Assembly: GCF_009914755.1 (NCBI RefSeq)
Contig: NC_060929.1
DNA: 64,000 nt
Source: the human T2T-CHM13v2.0 reference genome, Homo sapiens
Strand: one strand, 5' to 3'
Shown: positions 1 to 12,892 of the stretch, piece after piece
How positions within the stretch are numbered: the first letter of the stretch is position 1
Layout of the letters: each line of letters begins with the position of its first letter
Position numbers and translations under genes: made by a program
The notes under the pieces: model-generated
What the model was told of the DNA's origin: nothing
Databases searched by the model: none
The model's input: the letters and a program-made list of their open reading frames with translations, nothing else

Positions 1-227
1 GACTTTAATCTCTTTCTGACATGCCACGTTATGTGAGGCCTGACAAACAAGAAAAGCTCACTGGTGCACTTGACCTCCCTGGAAAGGTTGTGTCACCGTG
101 TGCAGGGGACACGTCAGCAGTCAGTGGACAAGTCAGGCAAGTCACAGATGAACATTATGGAATGGGGCATACATGAAATACTGGAAACTAGTTTGTGTAA
201 CAACCATTTGTAATTCTTATGGAAGTA

Positions 228-1135
228 AAATTTATATACCATTGAAATCACAGATCTTAACTGTCCAATTCAATGAATTTTGGTAAGAATTCCACACCTG
301 CATATCCACCACCCCAGAAAGTTTCCTTGACTTCTTCCAGTCAAACCTCACCCCTTAGGAACCACTGTTCAGATTTCTTTTCTGCGTAGTTTAGCTTTGG
401 CAGTTCTTGAGCTCCATATAAATGGAATCAAACAGAATGCACTGTTCTATAAATGGCTTCTTTTGAACTGTCTACTATTTTTAAGACACATCCAAATTGT
501 TCATGCATCAGTAGCTCATTCTTTAATATTCTGTGTAGTATTGCACTGTCTGAATAGACCACAATTTCCATTTTCCCGTTGTTGGATATTTGAGTTGCTT
601 CCAGTTTGGAGCTATTTAATAAAACTGCTATAAACATTATTGTACAAGTCTTTTATGGATGAAAATTTTAATCTCTCCTGGGTACATACCTAGGATTGTA
701 ATTGATGTATATGAATTATAATAATATATAATTTTCATAAGGCAGATGTATATTTAGTTTGACAAGAAACTGCCAGTTTTTTTTAAAGAGCTTGTTTACA
801 TTTAATACCATCAATATCTGAGAGTACCAGTTGCTCCACATCCTTGGCAATTAGGTATCATCAGTCTTTTAAATTTTAGCTATTCTAGTGGGTGTGAAAT
901 GATAAATCATTGCAGTTTTTGTTTGTATTTACCTGATAATTAATGATGTTAATTAACTATATTTTTATGTGCCTATTGGCCATTTGTATATTTTCTTTTG
1001 GGAAATGATTCTTCAAGACATTAGTTCACTTTTTGCTGGTTGCATTTTCATTGATTTCAGGAGTTCTTTATATATTGAGATAATAGGTCTTTCTCAGATA
1101 TATCCATGTATGGCAAATATTTTTTTCCCTGTTCT
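228..1135 (-). mobile_element. Old L1M-type (L1MB/MC/ME) 3' region fragment
   Basis: Degenerate antisense L1 3' motifs such as 'tttccagtttggagctatttaataaaactgctataaacatt', 'gttgctccacatccttggcaa' and 'ttattggccatttgtatattttctttt'. Boundaries approximate. Confidence 0.7.
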
Positions 1136-2165
1136 GTAGAAAACTTCCAAGTTGGATTTTTAAATCTCTAATTTCCTAGGTGAGATGACCTTGGGTTTTG
1201 GTTCCTGTCTCATGCTGATTGTATTATTTGTTAGGATGGTTTCCTCTTTCTAACAAGTTTATTTGCAATTTACAACAGGAGGAACATTTGCAAAAAGAAG
1301 CCCATGTTGCTTGTGGCCCCCAAATTATTCCCTTTCTAGACACTCCTCTGAAGTTATAATGAAAATATGTGATTCCTTCTTCAAAACTGCTTTGTACCCT
1401 GTTTAGGATCATACTTATTTAATTATGTAAAATAAAAATTACTGGACAAATTAAAAACACAATAGCTAAAAACTTTTATTTTTCCAAAAAAAGAGACTTT
1501 TAGAAGGGTGTGGTAATTGTTTAGAAGTTTTCTTAATTATAAAAGTAAAACACATTTCATGTAATGTAAGTTGGCAGTTTTTTTTTAGAAAAGGAAAACT
1601 GAGTGCTGAAAGTTAAAATTAAAGTTAAAAAGTTATTAAAAAGCAAATAAACCACTCATAGATTTCTGACTTTCAGGATTAATCTGTACTGCACTTTTGT
1701 TCGACAAAGTATGCTCTATTTTTTTCTGAAGGTAAATGTATTAACAATTCAGGAGATATCACTGGAATTGGCTCCTGCTCACATAATTAAGCCAGATCCT
1801 TCAAAAGGCTGAGAGGCAGAATTGGGCTCATTAATTTCTAACATCAAATCTACTTCATATATGTTCCTGTTCGAACTCTCACCTAATTTAAGAGGATCAA
1901 ATCACAATCTAAGGTCACAATTAGGGGAAGGAAGCATGAGTTTCAGCCAAATTTTATCCTCTTGGGTTCATACTAACTGCAGCGATGAAGCATTTTTCCC
2001 ATTTGGAGAGTGGCGAAGTTGGGCTATTATTCAAAGAATTCTCTCCTATCCTCTGGATCCAATCCCTTCAGAAAGAGGTCACATCTCCAACCCAGGTTTC
2101 CTAGCTTCTTTGGCACATTGCTGTTCGTCTTAGTGACTTTTTCTTAATTCACAGGCCATTGCTTC

Positions 2166-2533
2166 TGTTATGGGGTAAACTGTGTCCCCTCAAAATGCAT
2201 ATGCTGAATGTGACTGTGTTTGGAGATACAGTCTTTTAAGGGGCTATTAATGTTAAAATGAGGTCATTAGGGTAAGCCCTAATCCAATGTGACTGATGTC
2301 CTTATAAGAAGAGAATATCTGGACACAGGTAGATGAACAGAGGGAAGACCTTGTGAAGACACAGAACGAAGATGGCCACCTGCAAGCCAAGGAGAGAGGC
2401 CTCAGAAGCAACCAATCCTGTCACCTTCGATCTTAGATTTCTAGCCTCCGGGTCTGTGAGAAAAATGCAATTCTGTTGTTTAAGCCACCAGTCTGCGGTA
2501 CTTGACTGTGGCAGCCCTATAGCAAACTCATAT
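2166..2533 (+). mobile_element. MLT1A/B MaLR solo LTR
   Basis: Starts 'tgttatggggtaaactgtgtcccc'; contains 'gccctaatccaatgtgactgatgtccttataagaagag' and 'ttctgttgtttaagccaccagtctgcggtac'. Confidence 0.85.
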
Positions 2534-2724
2534 AGCCTCTAATGGACCATCACTCCAATGCTGTGAATATTAAGTTCTACTAGGTTCAGGCAGACCCTGA
2601 GCTAAATGGCAGCCTATGTATTACTCAAAACCTCAGAACATTTACACCAATCACTTCTTTTAAAAAAATTCTAGTCGATATTTTAAAAAAAATACTTATT
2701 TGATGGTTTCGAAATATTACATTA

Positions 2725-3459
<735 letters not shown>

Positions 3460-3509
3460 TGACAAACAAAAATCTTTCTTTAGATGTTTAGCTGTAAAAT
3501 TATTTTATT

Positions 3510-3650
3510 CCTGGGAGAAGTTGCTGAACATTTCTGTGCCTCAATTTCTCCTCTAAAATGGGAGATAATAACAGTGCCTAGCCTAGCTCATGGAATTTTT
3601 GGGAAATCAAATAAGATTTTTACTCAGAATAGTGTTGGCACATGATATTT
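3510..3650 (+). mobile_element. MIR fragment
   Basis: Core 'tctgtgcctcaatttctcctctaaaatgggagataataacag'. Confidence 0.7.
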
Positions 3651-4769
3651 ATTAGATAAAATACTTTGGAATCATACTGATTAGAAAATCAGCTCGGGAA
3701 TACATGTGTATACATACACACCATTTTTTTTCTTAATATACTTATTGTGTTGAGTTAAAACCAGGACAGAGGGAAAAGTTTTCAAGGTGTGAGAACCCAC
3801 TCTGAGAAGCGGTGGTGTTTCCTGTTTGTTTTCAGCACTTCTGAGTGGCTGGCTTCAGGAGAGAGCTTCGGACCCATTCATTAGGGGCCACAGGTGTCTT
3901 TCTGCTGCTCTCCATCTGGGCTCCATCACTGGAGGAGGCACCAGGGGACCACTCCTGGGCAATGACTTTTGGCCTCCTTCTCTCCCCCTCTTGCCCTTTG
4001 CTTCCTGAAGCCTCCAGTTTATTAATATGAAATTGAGGGAGGTCATCTTCTCCAAAGTCAATACAAATTGGCTGGTCGCAGTTCTTCAAATGTGTGGAAG
4101 CTTCCTCTGCTCAGAAACGTAGCTCTCCTTCAGGGAATTCATTAGAGTTGATAGCTCTTTAAGGAGTACACAATTTCTGGGAAGTATCCCTATTAGCCAT
4201 TCACCCCCTCAGAGTTTGTTTCTGAAATCAGATAATGGCATTTTCTCCTCTGATACCTCACTGCAGGAACTGGAGGGTGCAAGCAGGCAACGAGGCTGGA
4301 GAAGCAGGCCTGAGCAGCAGAGGAGGCTGAAGGGGCAACGGGCTGTGGGGAAGAAGAAACACAGCCCTGGGAACTTGGAAGGGAGAGCTTAAAGGGGCAG
4401 CAGGCCCTTTATACATGCTCTCGCGATAATACTGTTTAAGGTTCTGTGGAACTTTGTTGTTGCCTAATAGGGACCGAGTATACCAGTTCCCCTCCCCATT
4501 ATTTATTTATGGGAGCATCTCTGGCCTGAGGCCCGGCACTGCTGGAGGTGGAAGCTACCCTCCTCAACCTCATACTGTGTTTACCTGCCCTCCCCGTTTC
4601 TCCATCAGCCCCCACCCTGCTGTGCCCACCTCATCTCCTTAGTTCAGGACCTACTGTTGGTCTTACTTAGCCAGCATCAGGGTTCCCGCTGGGATCCCAC
4701 ATTCAGACTTGTGTTCCCTCCGCTAGAAGTGCTGAGCTGTCCTCATCTCTTTGCCTTTTTATCCTCCAG

Positions 4770-5085
4770 AATCTACACAGATGTCACCTCCTTAGGGAGG
4801 CCTTGTCTGAGTCCCCTGAATGGGGCCAGGCTCCTCTCTCTTATAGCTCCCAGCAACCACAATCCCATCCTTCCCAGTGCGTACCTCGGCTGGCAATGAC
4901 ACATTTGTCATTGTCATTAATATCAGTAGATACTGAACAATGATATTTGTCATTGTCATTAATATCTACTTCTTACGCTAGACTGTAAACCCCGTGAGGG
5001 AAGACACATCTGTCTTTTCCAACATTGTGTCCCCAGGTCAAGTATAATGTCTGACATGAAGTGAACTCTCCTTAAATGTTTGTTC
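4770..5085 (+). mobile_element. L2 3' end fragment
   Basis: 'gatgtcacctccttagggaggcctt' and 'ctagactgtaaaccccgtgaggg...aaatgtttgtt' are L2 terminal motifs. Confidence 0.65.
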
Positions 5086-6189
5086 TAAAGACTAAACGAG
5101 GGCCCCTTGGGGCATGCTTGTTCTTCCTCTGCCTGACATCTAAACAATGAAGCTATCTTCACCTTATAAGGAGGCTGGCATGCACACGTGAACTAGAGTA
5201 ATTCCGAGGAGCAGACCAGGTGTTTCCAAGGCCTCCTGAAGCTCTGGCCCAGGTGACTCCTGTGCCCATGAATCTTGGGAACATGCACTAGGCATGGCGG
5301 TATCATAGGTGGCAGGGAGCAGAGGAACTGGCTCTCCATGGGTCTCCTGGATAGTGGCTATGGAGAGCACAATCATAGTTTATGTGTTTATAAGACCAGT
5401 TCAGAGGAGCAGAAATTCATTAGATGCAACTTTGGTCATTTCCCCTGTAATTTCAACTGTGACTTTCTCCCATTAGGAAAGACTATAATAACCTAAAAAC
5501 CTTATTTGAGCTGATTGTACAATTGTTGACAAATGATGCAAGCTTGCATTTTCTCTGAATTTTGCACATTTCTAGTGTATTCATGACTTTATATGGATGT
5601 ACTCTAAGGCTTTAATAGAATGTCTTATTTCTCATTCCTGTGGTTAGTAGAAATAGAAAAGCAAAGTCTCACTTACTTTTGTACTCTATTGCGAAATTTT
5701 GATGATTTATTTTAAATGAGGCTGATTTTTTTTTCATGACCACAAAACAACTGCCAAACCTCATTTCAATGTGTCAGATGCATGAATTATAATGATGAGA
5801 ACTGCCTGCGTGTCTGTTACCTACAAAACTTGTGTTTTATAAGCATTAAAAAGTACCAGTGAGAAACTGGAGTTTTAGAGACACTTGCAGCTATTTGGCA
5901 TGTTCTTTCCATTTTCTGAGATTGGAAGTCTGACTTTTGAGTGCTAAGCATGAGTTTAGAGTGCTCTGTGCTCCAGAGTGAGGGCATGGGCAATGGAGAC
6001 TGGTCTAAATGGAATGATTCATGGTCTACAGATTTAATATTTAGGGAGTAAGATATAATTACATCAATGAAAACCAGAGACCTTATCTCCTGGTTAAAAT
6101 GAATTTCATTTTATTGAGGATCTGAGGTTCATAGTCTATCCTAACATTTCATATTTGGAAGAGGCTCTCTAGGTCAATGAGAGTGTACC

Positions 6190-6380
6190 AGAAATATACT
6201 AGATCAATTCCAACTCTGCCATTCCCTAATTATGTGACATTGGCCAAAACACATTTAACTCTCTACTTCTTACTTTCATTTGGAAAATGGGAGTTGTAAA
6301 ATCTGTCCTAATCTACCTCACAGGATTTGTGGTGATGACTAAATAAAACAATGTTGGTAAATTTCAAAGGTGTGCAAAGG
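6190..6380 (+). mobile_element. MIR fragment
   Basis: 'ttccaactctgccattccctaattatgtgacattggcc...aaaatggg...ctacctcacagg'. Confidence 0.65.
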
Positions 6381-7051
6381 TAAGAAATTGTTTCCCTATA
6401 TCTTGTAGTTTTCTTTTTCTTTTTTTTTTTTTTTTTTTGACATGTAGAGTCCTATTTCCTCAACCAAGTTATAAGCATTCTAAGACTTAAAAATTGGCCA
6501 TAATTATTAGCTGGGGTTCAGTTACAGAGGCAGAACAACTAAAAAGGTGTAATATGTGAGGTTTGTTGTCACAGGCATTTAACTTTACACAATTGCAGGA
6601 GCTGATTAGGGAGTAGTCTTTGTGTCTGTTGCTGCAGCTTTAAGTCCAGAAAGTAGGCCACCTGGAAGGGAAGATGGGCATAAAATGGAGGTGAGCAAGA
6701 ACAATTGGAAGCCACAGCACATATCGGAACTCAAGTCCACCTTGCTATCTCCCACCATGATGTGTGTGTCACATGGGAAAAGTGGGTGCCCCTCGTCATG
6801 GAGCTAAAGACATAGCTGGCCCAGAAATTGAAGAAGCTGATGGAGGATCCAGGTGGGGCATCTGTAGGCCCAATCTCTTCCCTGTGCTTGTGTGTTAAGC
6901 CAGAAGATACATGATAATGTACCTGTGCTGCAAAAGCATCTTCCTCTACCCTTTGAAGGTCAAAAACAATATAACTGCTTTACTTTCTTGCTCTAAATCT
7001 TGTGCAAATATATCTATCATGGCACATCCTGACACATGAAACACAAATGAG

Positions 7052-7593
7052 GCAGCTACTTGCTACATCATTTGTGGGACCAGTGTAAAATGAAAATGTG
7101 GGAGCCCTTTATGCAAAAAAGCAGGACAACTGCACTTTCTTTTGCATTCTCTCTCTGGACCTGTCATGGTGTTTATTATTTACCATTTAATGTCACAGTC
7201 CCTAACACGTGGGATACTTGGCAGGTAAACACAGACCTCATAGGCAACTTGGGCCCTGACCCTGAGTGCATGCCTGTCTCCACTCTGCCATGCTCTGTGC
7301 CCAGGACCCCACTGGTTTGGAGGGAAGTAACAGTCAATATGGGTGGAAGGAGAGTGGGTGGCTGAGAACCAATCAGGGAGGTGGGAAGGAAGTAAGAGGC
7401 AGGACCATGCATGAGCCAATTCTTCAAGCCTCCAGAACATGCTCCAGTATCTCACTGGACTGCACTGATAGAACATGAATTGAAAGACAATAAATATTCC
7501 CATACTGAGTATTAAACCAAAAGCACAAGGCCCTCCTTCTGAGGACAGGTCACTGGGCATTTGCACTGTTTGCATGTCCATCAAGCCAGCCCT
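7052..7593. mobile_element. MER45-like hAT-Tip100 DNA transposon relic
   Basis: 'gggaccagtgtaaaatgaaaatgtgggagccc' near one end and 'gcatgtccatcaagccagccctg' at the other resemble MER45 ends. Confidence 0.6.
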
Positions 7594-7850
7594 GCCTGCA
7601 GGAAGGGCATTCTGGAAAAGGCAGTTCAGCCTAGCCAAGCTGACATATTACAAGCTCATGACACCCTGCTCACTGCCTATCTCCTGCACTTTTCTCAAAG
7701 GGCTATCATTATGTGTTAAAGCAAATATAACAGAGGGCTATGAACACAGCCTTGTTATTTTTCTGGGGTAGTCTCTCAGACATGGACACACACCACATTG
7801 TGGCATTGCTACTAGTGTTTCCCAGCCACTGTTTCCCTGAGGACCAAGAC

Positions 7851-8172
<322 letters not shown>

Positions 8173-8566
8173 TGATGTGACATTGTTAATGATATGCTAT
8201 TACTCACCTGTGTCAATCCTTTATAATTGAGAGATATTTCGTTTTACAGTTGGATTCCACAGGCTGATGGGGATATTTGCATGACTGAATTTTTCATTTC
8301 AACAATGCAGTCTTTAAGATTTCTCCGATGGGATGTTGCAAGATACATGCTGAGCATCTTGTTGAAGGAGACAGTCCCCTGTGGAGCCCTACACCTCTAC
8401 CTGTCTTACTGGGTATGCCAAAATGCAAGGCCCTGGTTGCTCTCTACCTGGGCCATTTCTCAAGGTTGTGTTTGCAACCAGAATCCTTAAGAGATGAGGT
8501 AATGTCTCCCTCTGTGACAAAGAGCAGGCTGCTACAAAAGCAGCAGATTCCCCATGTTCAGCATTT

Positions 8567-8937
8567 GTATTCATTTGCTAGGGCTGCCACAACAGCGTAT
8601 CAGAGACTGGGTGATTTCAACAACAGAAATTTGTTTTCTCATAGTCCTGGAGGCTAGAAGTCCAAGATCGAGGTATCAGCAGCGTTGGTGTCTTTTGAGG
8701 CTTGCAGATGGCTCTCTTCTCCAAGTCTTCACATAGTCTTCCCTCTGTACCTGTTTGTTTCCAGATTTCCTCTTCTTAGAAATACACAAGACACACTGGA
8801 TTAGGGCCACCCTAATGTCTGACTTAACTCAGTTACCTCCCTAAAAACCCTATCTCCAAATACAGCCACATTCTGAGGCACTTACGGGTTAAGACTGGAA
8901 CATATAAATTTTGGGGTCACAGTTCAGTCCATACCAG
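8567..8937 (-). mobile_element. MLT1A/B MaLR solo LTR, possibly nested in an older ERVL-type LTR spanning about 8200-9150
   Basis: 'tgtattcatttgctagggctgccacaaca...ctggaggctagaagtccaagatcgagg...cacagttcagtccatacca'. Confidence 0.85.
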
Positions 8938-9395
8938 TGTTCCTTCCTGTAACTCAACTTACTGCCCTCCGTGTCAGCACTGTAGGACTTGAGGGTAAGA
9001 AGAACTAACACCATAACACTGTTTGCTGTGCTGTGAGTAACAAGGCCTATTGTTTTGAACTTAGGTGTTTGGTGTCTTCTAGCATCAAGGAAACAGTAAT
9101 ATCCTAATAATCAGATTATAGACAGGGCAAAATAAAATCCCAGACCTGATATACCTTGCATGTGGCATCAAAAACAACATTTCCAGTAGTATCTCATGAC
9201 GGATCCAAATGTAACAGTGGGAGTGACTTTAATAGTAGCCTGCCTGTTGAGAAATCACTACTGGTCCTATTTTTTTCCTTCTCATTGGAGTGAAATTTGT
9301 CTCTCAATCTTCCATCCCTACACAAGGTATTTAAGCCTTTCACTTTCTCGTCCTAGGGTGTCCATGTGTCTAGGACCCCTGAATAATGGCCTGTC

Positions 9396-9857
9396 TGCAG
9401 CAGGACAGGGCGCAGACAAAACCTCTCAGACACCGAGTTAAAGAAGGAAGGGCTTTATTCAGTTCAGAGCTTCGGCAAGACTCAAGTCTCCAACAACCGA
9501 GCTCCTCGAGTGAGCAATTCCTGTCCCTTTTAAGGGCTCACAACTCTAAGGGGGGTCCACATGAGAGGGTCGTGATCGATTGAGCAAGCAGGGGTACGTG
9601 ACTGGGGGCTGCATGCACCAGTAATTAGAACGGAACAGAACAGGACAGGGATTTTCACAGTGCTTTTCTATACAATATCTGTAATCTATAAATAACATAA
9701 CCGATTAGGTCAGGGGTTGATCTTTAACAACCAGGCCCAGGGTGTGGCGCCGGGATGTCTGCTTGTGGATTTCATTTCCGCCTTTTAGTTTTTACTTCTT
9801 CTTTCTTTGGAGGCAGAAATTGGGCTTAAGACAATATGAGGGGTGGTCTCCTCCCTT
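9396..9857 (-). mobile_element. LTR2 (HERV-E family) solo LTR
   Basis: Reverse complement of the LTR at 12433-12892 along its whole length; matches remembered LTR2 consensus (AAGGGAGGAGACCACCCCTCATATTGTC...GTCCTGCTxCA). Confidence 0.9.
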
Positions 9858-10906
9858 TCCACAGATGGTGAGTTGCTGATGGGCTTCACTGGAGAACAGC
9901 TTCTACTGCACTTCATTCCCTCCTTCTTGTGGCAGAAGAGTTTGTTCCCTCACCCCTGACCTTCAGGAGCCCTCTTCCCTCCTGTATGCTTGCCTCCCTT
10001 TTGGGTCATAACTCTGTCTCATCTCCACCCTTCCCTAACTTTATCTAGTCTCTGGGACAGGGAAACTGGCTTCGTAAGCAGGAGTAAAAGACTCTTCACC
10101 TTGCACTTGGCGCAGCAGTTTCTTTGGATATTTGTTTTGGCTTTTGTGGAGGAGGAATGCTCTCTTAGGAATGCTCTCTTCTGGTGCCCATGAACGAAAA
10201 GAGGAGGAGGGATGTGCACAAGGACAGCCAGATAAATATCTCAAGCTATGATCTTCTATGCAGCTTTGACATTTCCATGTCTTTCAGAAATGAAAACAAT
10301 AGTTGCTAATGTAAATGCTATTCCTAGCACACAGGCAGAGTGCTCTAGACAAGGTCAGTTGCTTTAGAAATAGAAGCCTCAGCTCAGATTCAAAGATACT
10401 CAGATCAGATTCTGGACCACTTTGAGAATGTGTTATTAAAAAATGACCAGACTAAATGTCAGAAGTTCTGATAGGAGGCCTTGTTACATGGGATTTTAGT
10501 AGCAACAATCTCAAATGACTAACAAGTGCAGAATTTATAACCCAGTCTAGGTGTGGTGCTTTGTTCTAAGTGTTAGATAAGCACAGCATTGGTAGCCATC
10601 TCAGCCCATGCTCTATGGTCCCCCAAGTTGGAGGTAATTAGACTTTGGTTACGATGGCATCTGAACAGGCAGAAAGACTGTTGGCAACATTTTCTCACAA
10701 AGCCGTATGCCAGCATCACTGGAGTGACTGCATCTCCAAGGACATGTGTGCCACTGTGGGAGGACACCTAAGCTGTGTGTAGAGGGAAGCCACTTCACTA
10801 AGAGGCCTCCACCCTTCAGAGTTAGAGGATGGTGTGAAACCTCCTGCCAGAAAGGCTGGTAGAGAAGGCCTTCTAAGTTCTGAATTTAATCCTTTCTTCT
10901 GTCTCC

Positions 10907-11282
10907 TGTTATCCTCTGAATTGTGACCCCAAAATTCATATGCTGAAATCCTAGTTCCTAATACATAAAAATGTGATCGTATTTGGAGAGAGGGTCTTTA
11001 AGGAAGTAATTAAATGAAAATGAAGTCATTGGGGTGGGCCCTAATTCAGTGTTACTGGCATCCTTAGAAGAAGAGAAAATCTGGACACAGATAGGTACAG
11101 AGGGAAGGCCACGGGAACAAGATGGCCACGTGCAAGTGCAGGAGAGATGCTGCAGTAGAAATCAACCCTGACAACCTTGATCTTAGACTTGTAGCCTCCA
11201 GGACTGTGAGAAAATAAATTTCTGTTGTTTAAGCCACCTGGCCTGTGGTATGTTGTTGTGGCAGCACCAGCAAATTAAAGAC
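10907..11282 (+). mobile_element. MLT1B MaLR solo LTR
   Basis: 'tgttatcctctgaattgtgaccccaaaattcatatgctgaaatcc...gagaaaataaatttctgttgtttaagccacc'. Confidence 0.85.
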
Positions 11283-12432
11283 CACCCCCACCCCCACCCC
11301 CATTTATACTCCAAACACATAAAATGATAGATAAAATAGAGCAAGAGGTAAACTAGAAATATCTAGCCATGTTTTAAGATAAGGTAAATATCTCAACGGA
11401 TGAGATTTGCAAAATAGCCTGAGGGGCTAAAGCTGTGTGTCTGCTGGATGTCAAGTCAGGTAGCAGGCCGTGAATCTAACATGTGAAAGGGTAGGAATAA
11501 AAACACCCTTTCCAACTCACTCAGGTGGGGACCAGAGCCAAGCTCACTGCTTGAAGCCAGGGCCTAATGTGATTCATCCACCTGTGAGTGGGGGCTGCTA
11601 ACAGAAGCTGTTACCAGCGACTACCTTATGCTAATTACTACATGCCTAGTGAGCGGGAGATGGAAGGACACATGTAAGGCAAACGTACATTGCCTTGAGA
11701 TTAACATTTGAGCCAAAATGCTCCAGTTAGATCTGTGATATCTCCAATGTCATTAAGAGACAAGAGCTTCAAAGCCTCATTTCCAAGTCTCTTAGTTCTA
11801 GACTAGGAAGTCAAGGTCACTGCAAAACTGCTTTACAGGAGGAAGGGAGGGAGGCAGAGAGACAGAGAGAACTTCTCACTCAAGGAGAATCTGCAAACTA
11901 AAATCCCAAGCATGTAAAGAAAATTAACACCTGAACTAACAGCCTATCCCTTTAAGAGTTGAAAGGAGGACACTGTTAGGTCTTTTGCTCCCTCGCAGTG
12001 GAGTTTTTGCATGATAGTCTCTTCCATTCACTATTTCAACCTTGTAGTCTGGTGGCAAGATGAAAACTGAGGGGGACTGCTTAAAGACTCTTCATAAGCT
12101 GTCAGCTACTTACTGTTCTTGCAGATAAAAGCATCTTGCAACAAAAGATCTTATTTAAAATGTACCAGTGGCATGCTTTCCAGGATGCTACTGTAGACAC
12201 CCAAAGAATCATTTCCTTGTATAGAAACTTGACAAGAAAAATCTTCTGACATAGATTTTTTTTGTTGTGTTTTACCCCTGAATAGTAACCAGATGTACAA
12301 AATGATAGAAATAGCTTGGAAACGCTAATTATTGGAAATGCTGTACTGGTGTCAAGAGCTTTATCTGGGCCAATTGATATATGGTGATAAACATAGCCTT
12401 CCATGGCTGCCCAAGTATTGTGTACCTAAGGT

Positions 12433-12892
12433 TAAGGGAGGAGACCACCCTTCATATTGTCTTATGCCCAATTTCTGCCTCCAAAGAAAGGAGAAGTAAA
12501 AAACTAAAAGGCAGAAATGAAATCCACAGACAGCCCGGCGCCACACCCTGGGCCTGTTTGTTAAAGATCTACCCCTGACCTAATTGGTTATGTTATCTAT
12601 AGATTACAGACATTGTATGGAAAAGCACTGTGAAAATCCCTGTCCTGTTCTGTTCCGTTCTAATTACTGGAGCATGCAGCCCCCAGTCACGTACCTCCTG
12701 CTTGCTCAATCGATCACGACCCTCTCACGCAGACCCCCTTAGAGTTGTAAGCCCTTAAGAGGGACAGGAATTGCTCACTTGGGGAGCTTGGTTGTTGGAG
12801 ACGTGAATCTTGCTGATGCTCCCAACCCAATAAAGCCCTTCCTTCTTTAACTTGGTGTCTGAGGGGTTTTGTCTGCGGCTCGTCATGCTACA
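12433..12892 (+). mobile_element. LTR2 (HERV-E family) solo LTR with 4-bp TSD AGGT
   Basis: TAAGGGAGGAGACCACC...CATGCTACA, internal AATAAA, AGGT at 12429-12432 and 12893-12896. Confidence 0.93.

Noticed and set aside
10764-10790. Similarity to 20533-20556 (acaccta.gctgtgtgta)
   Set aside because: Short, gapped, and without flanking homology.
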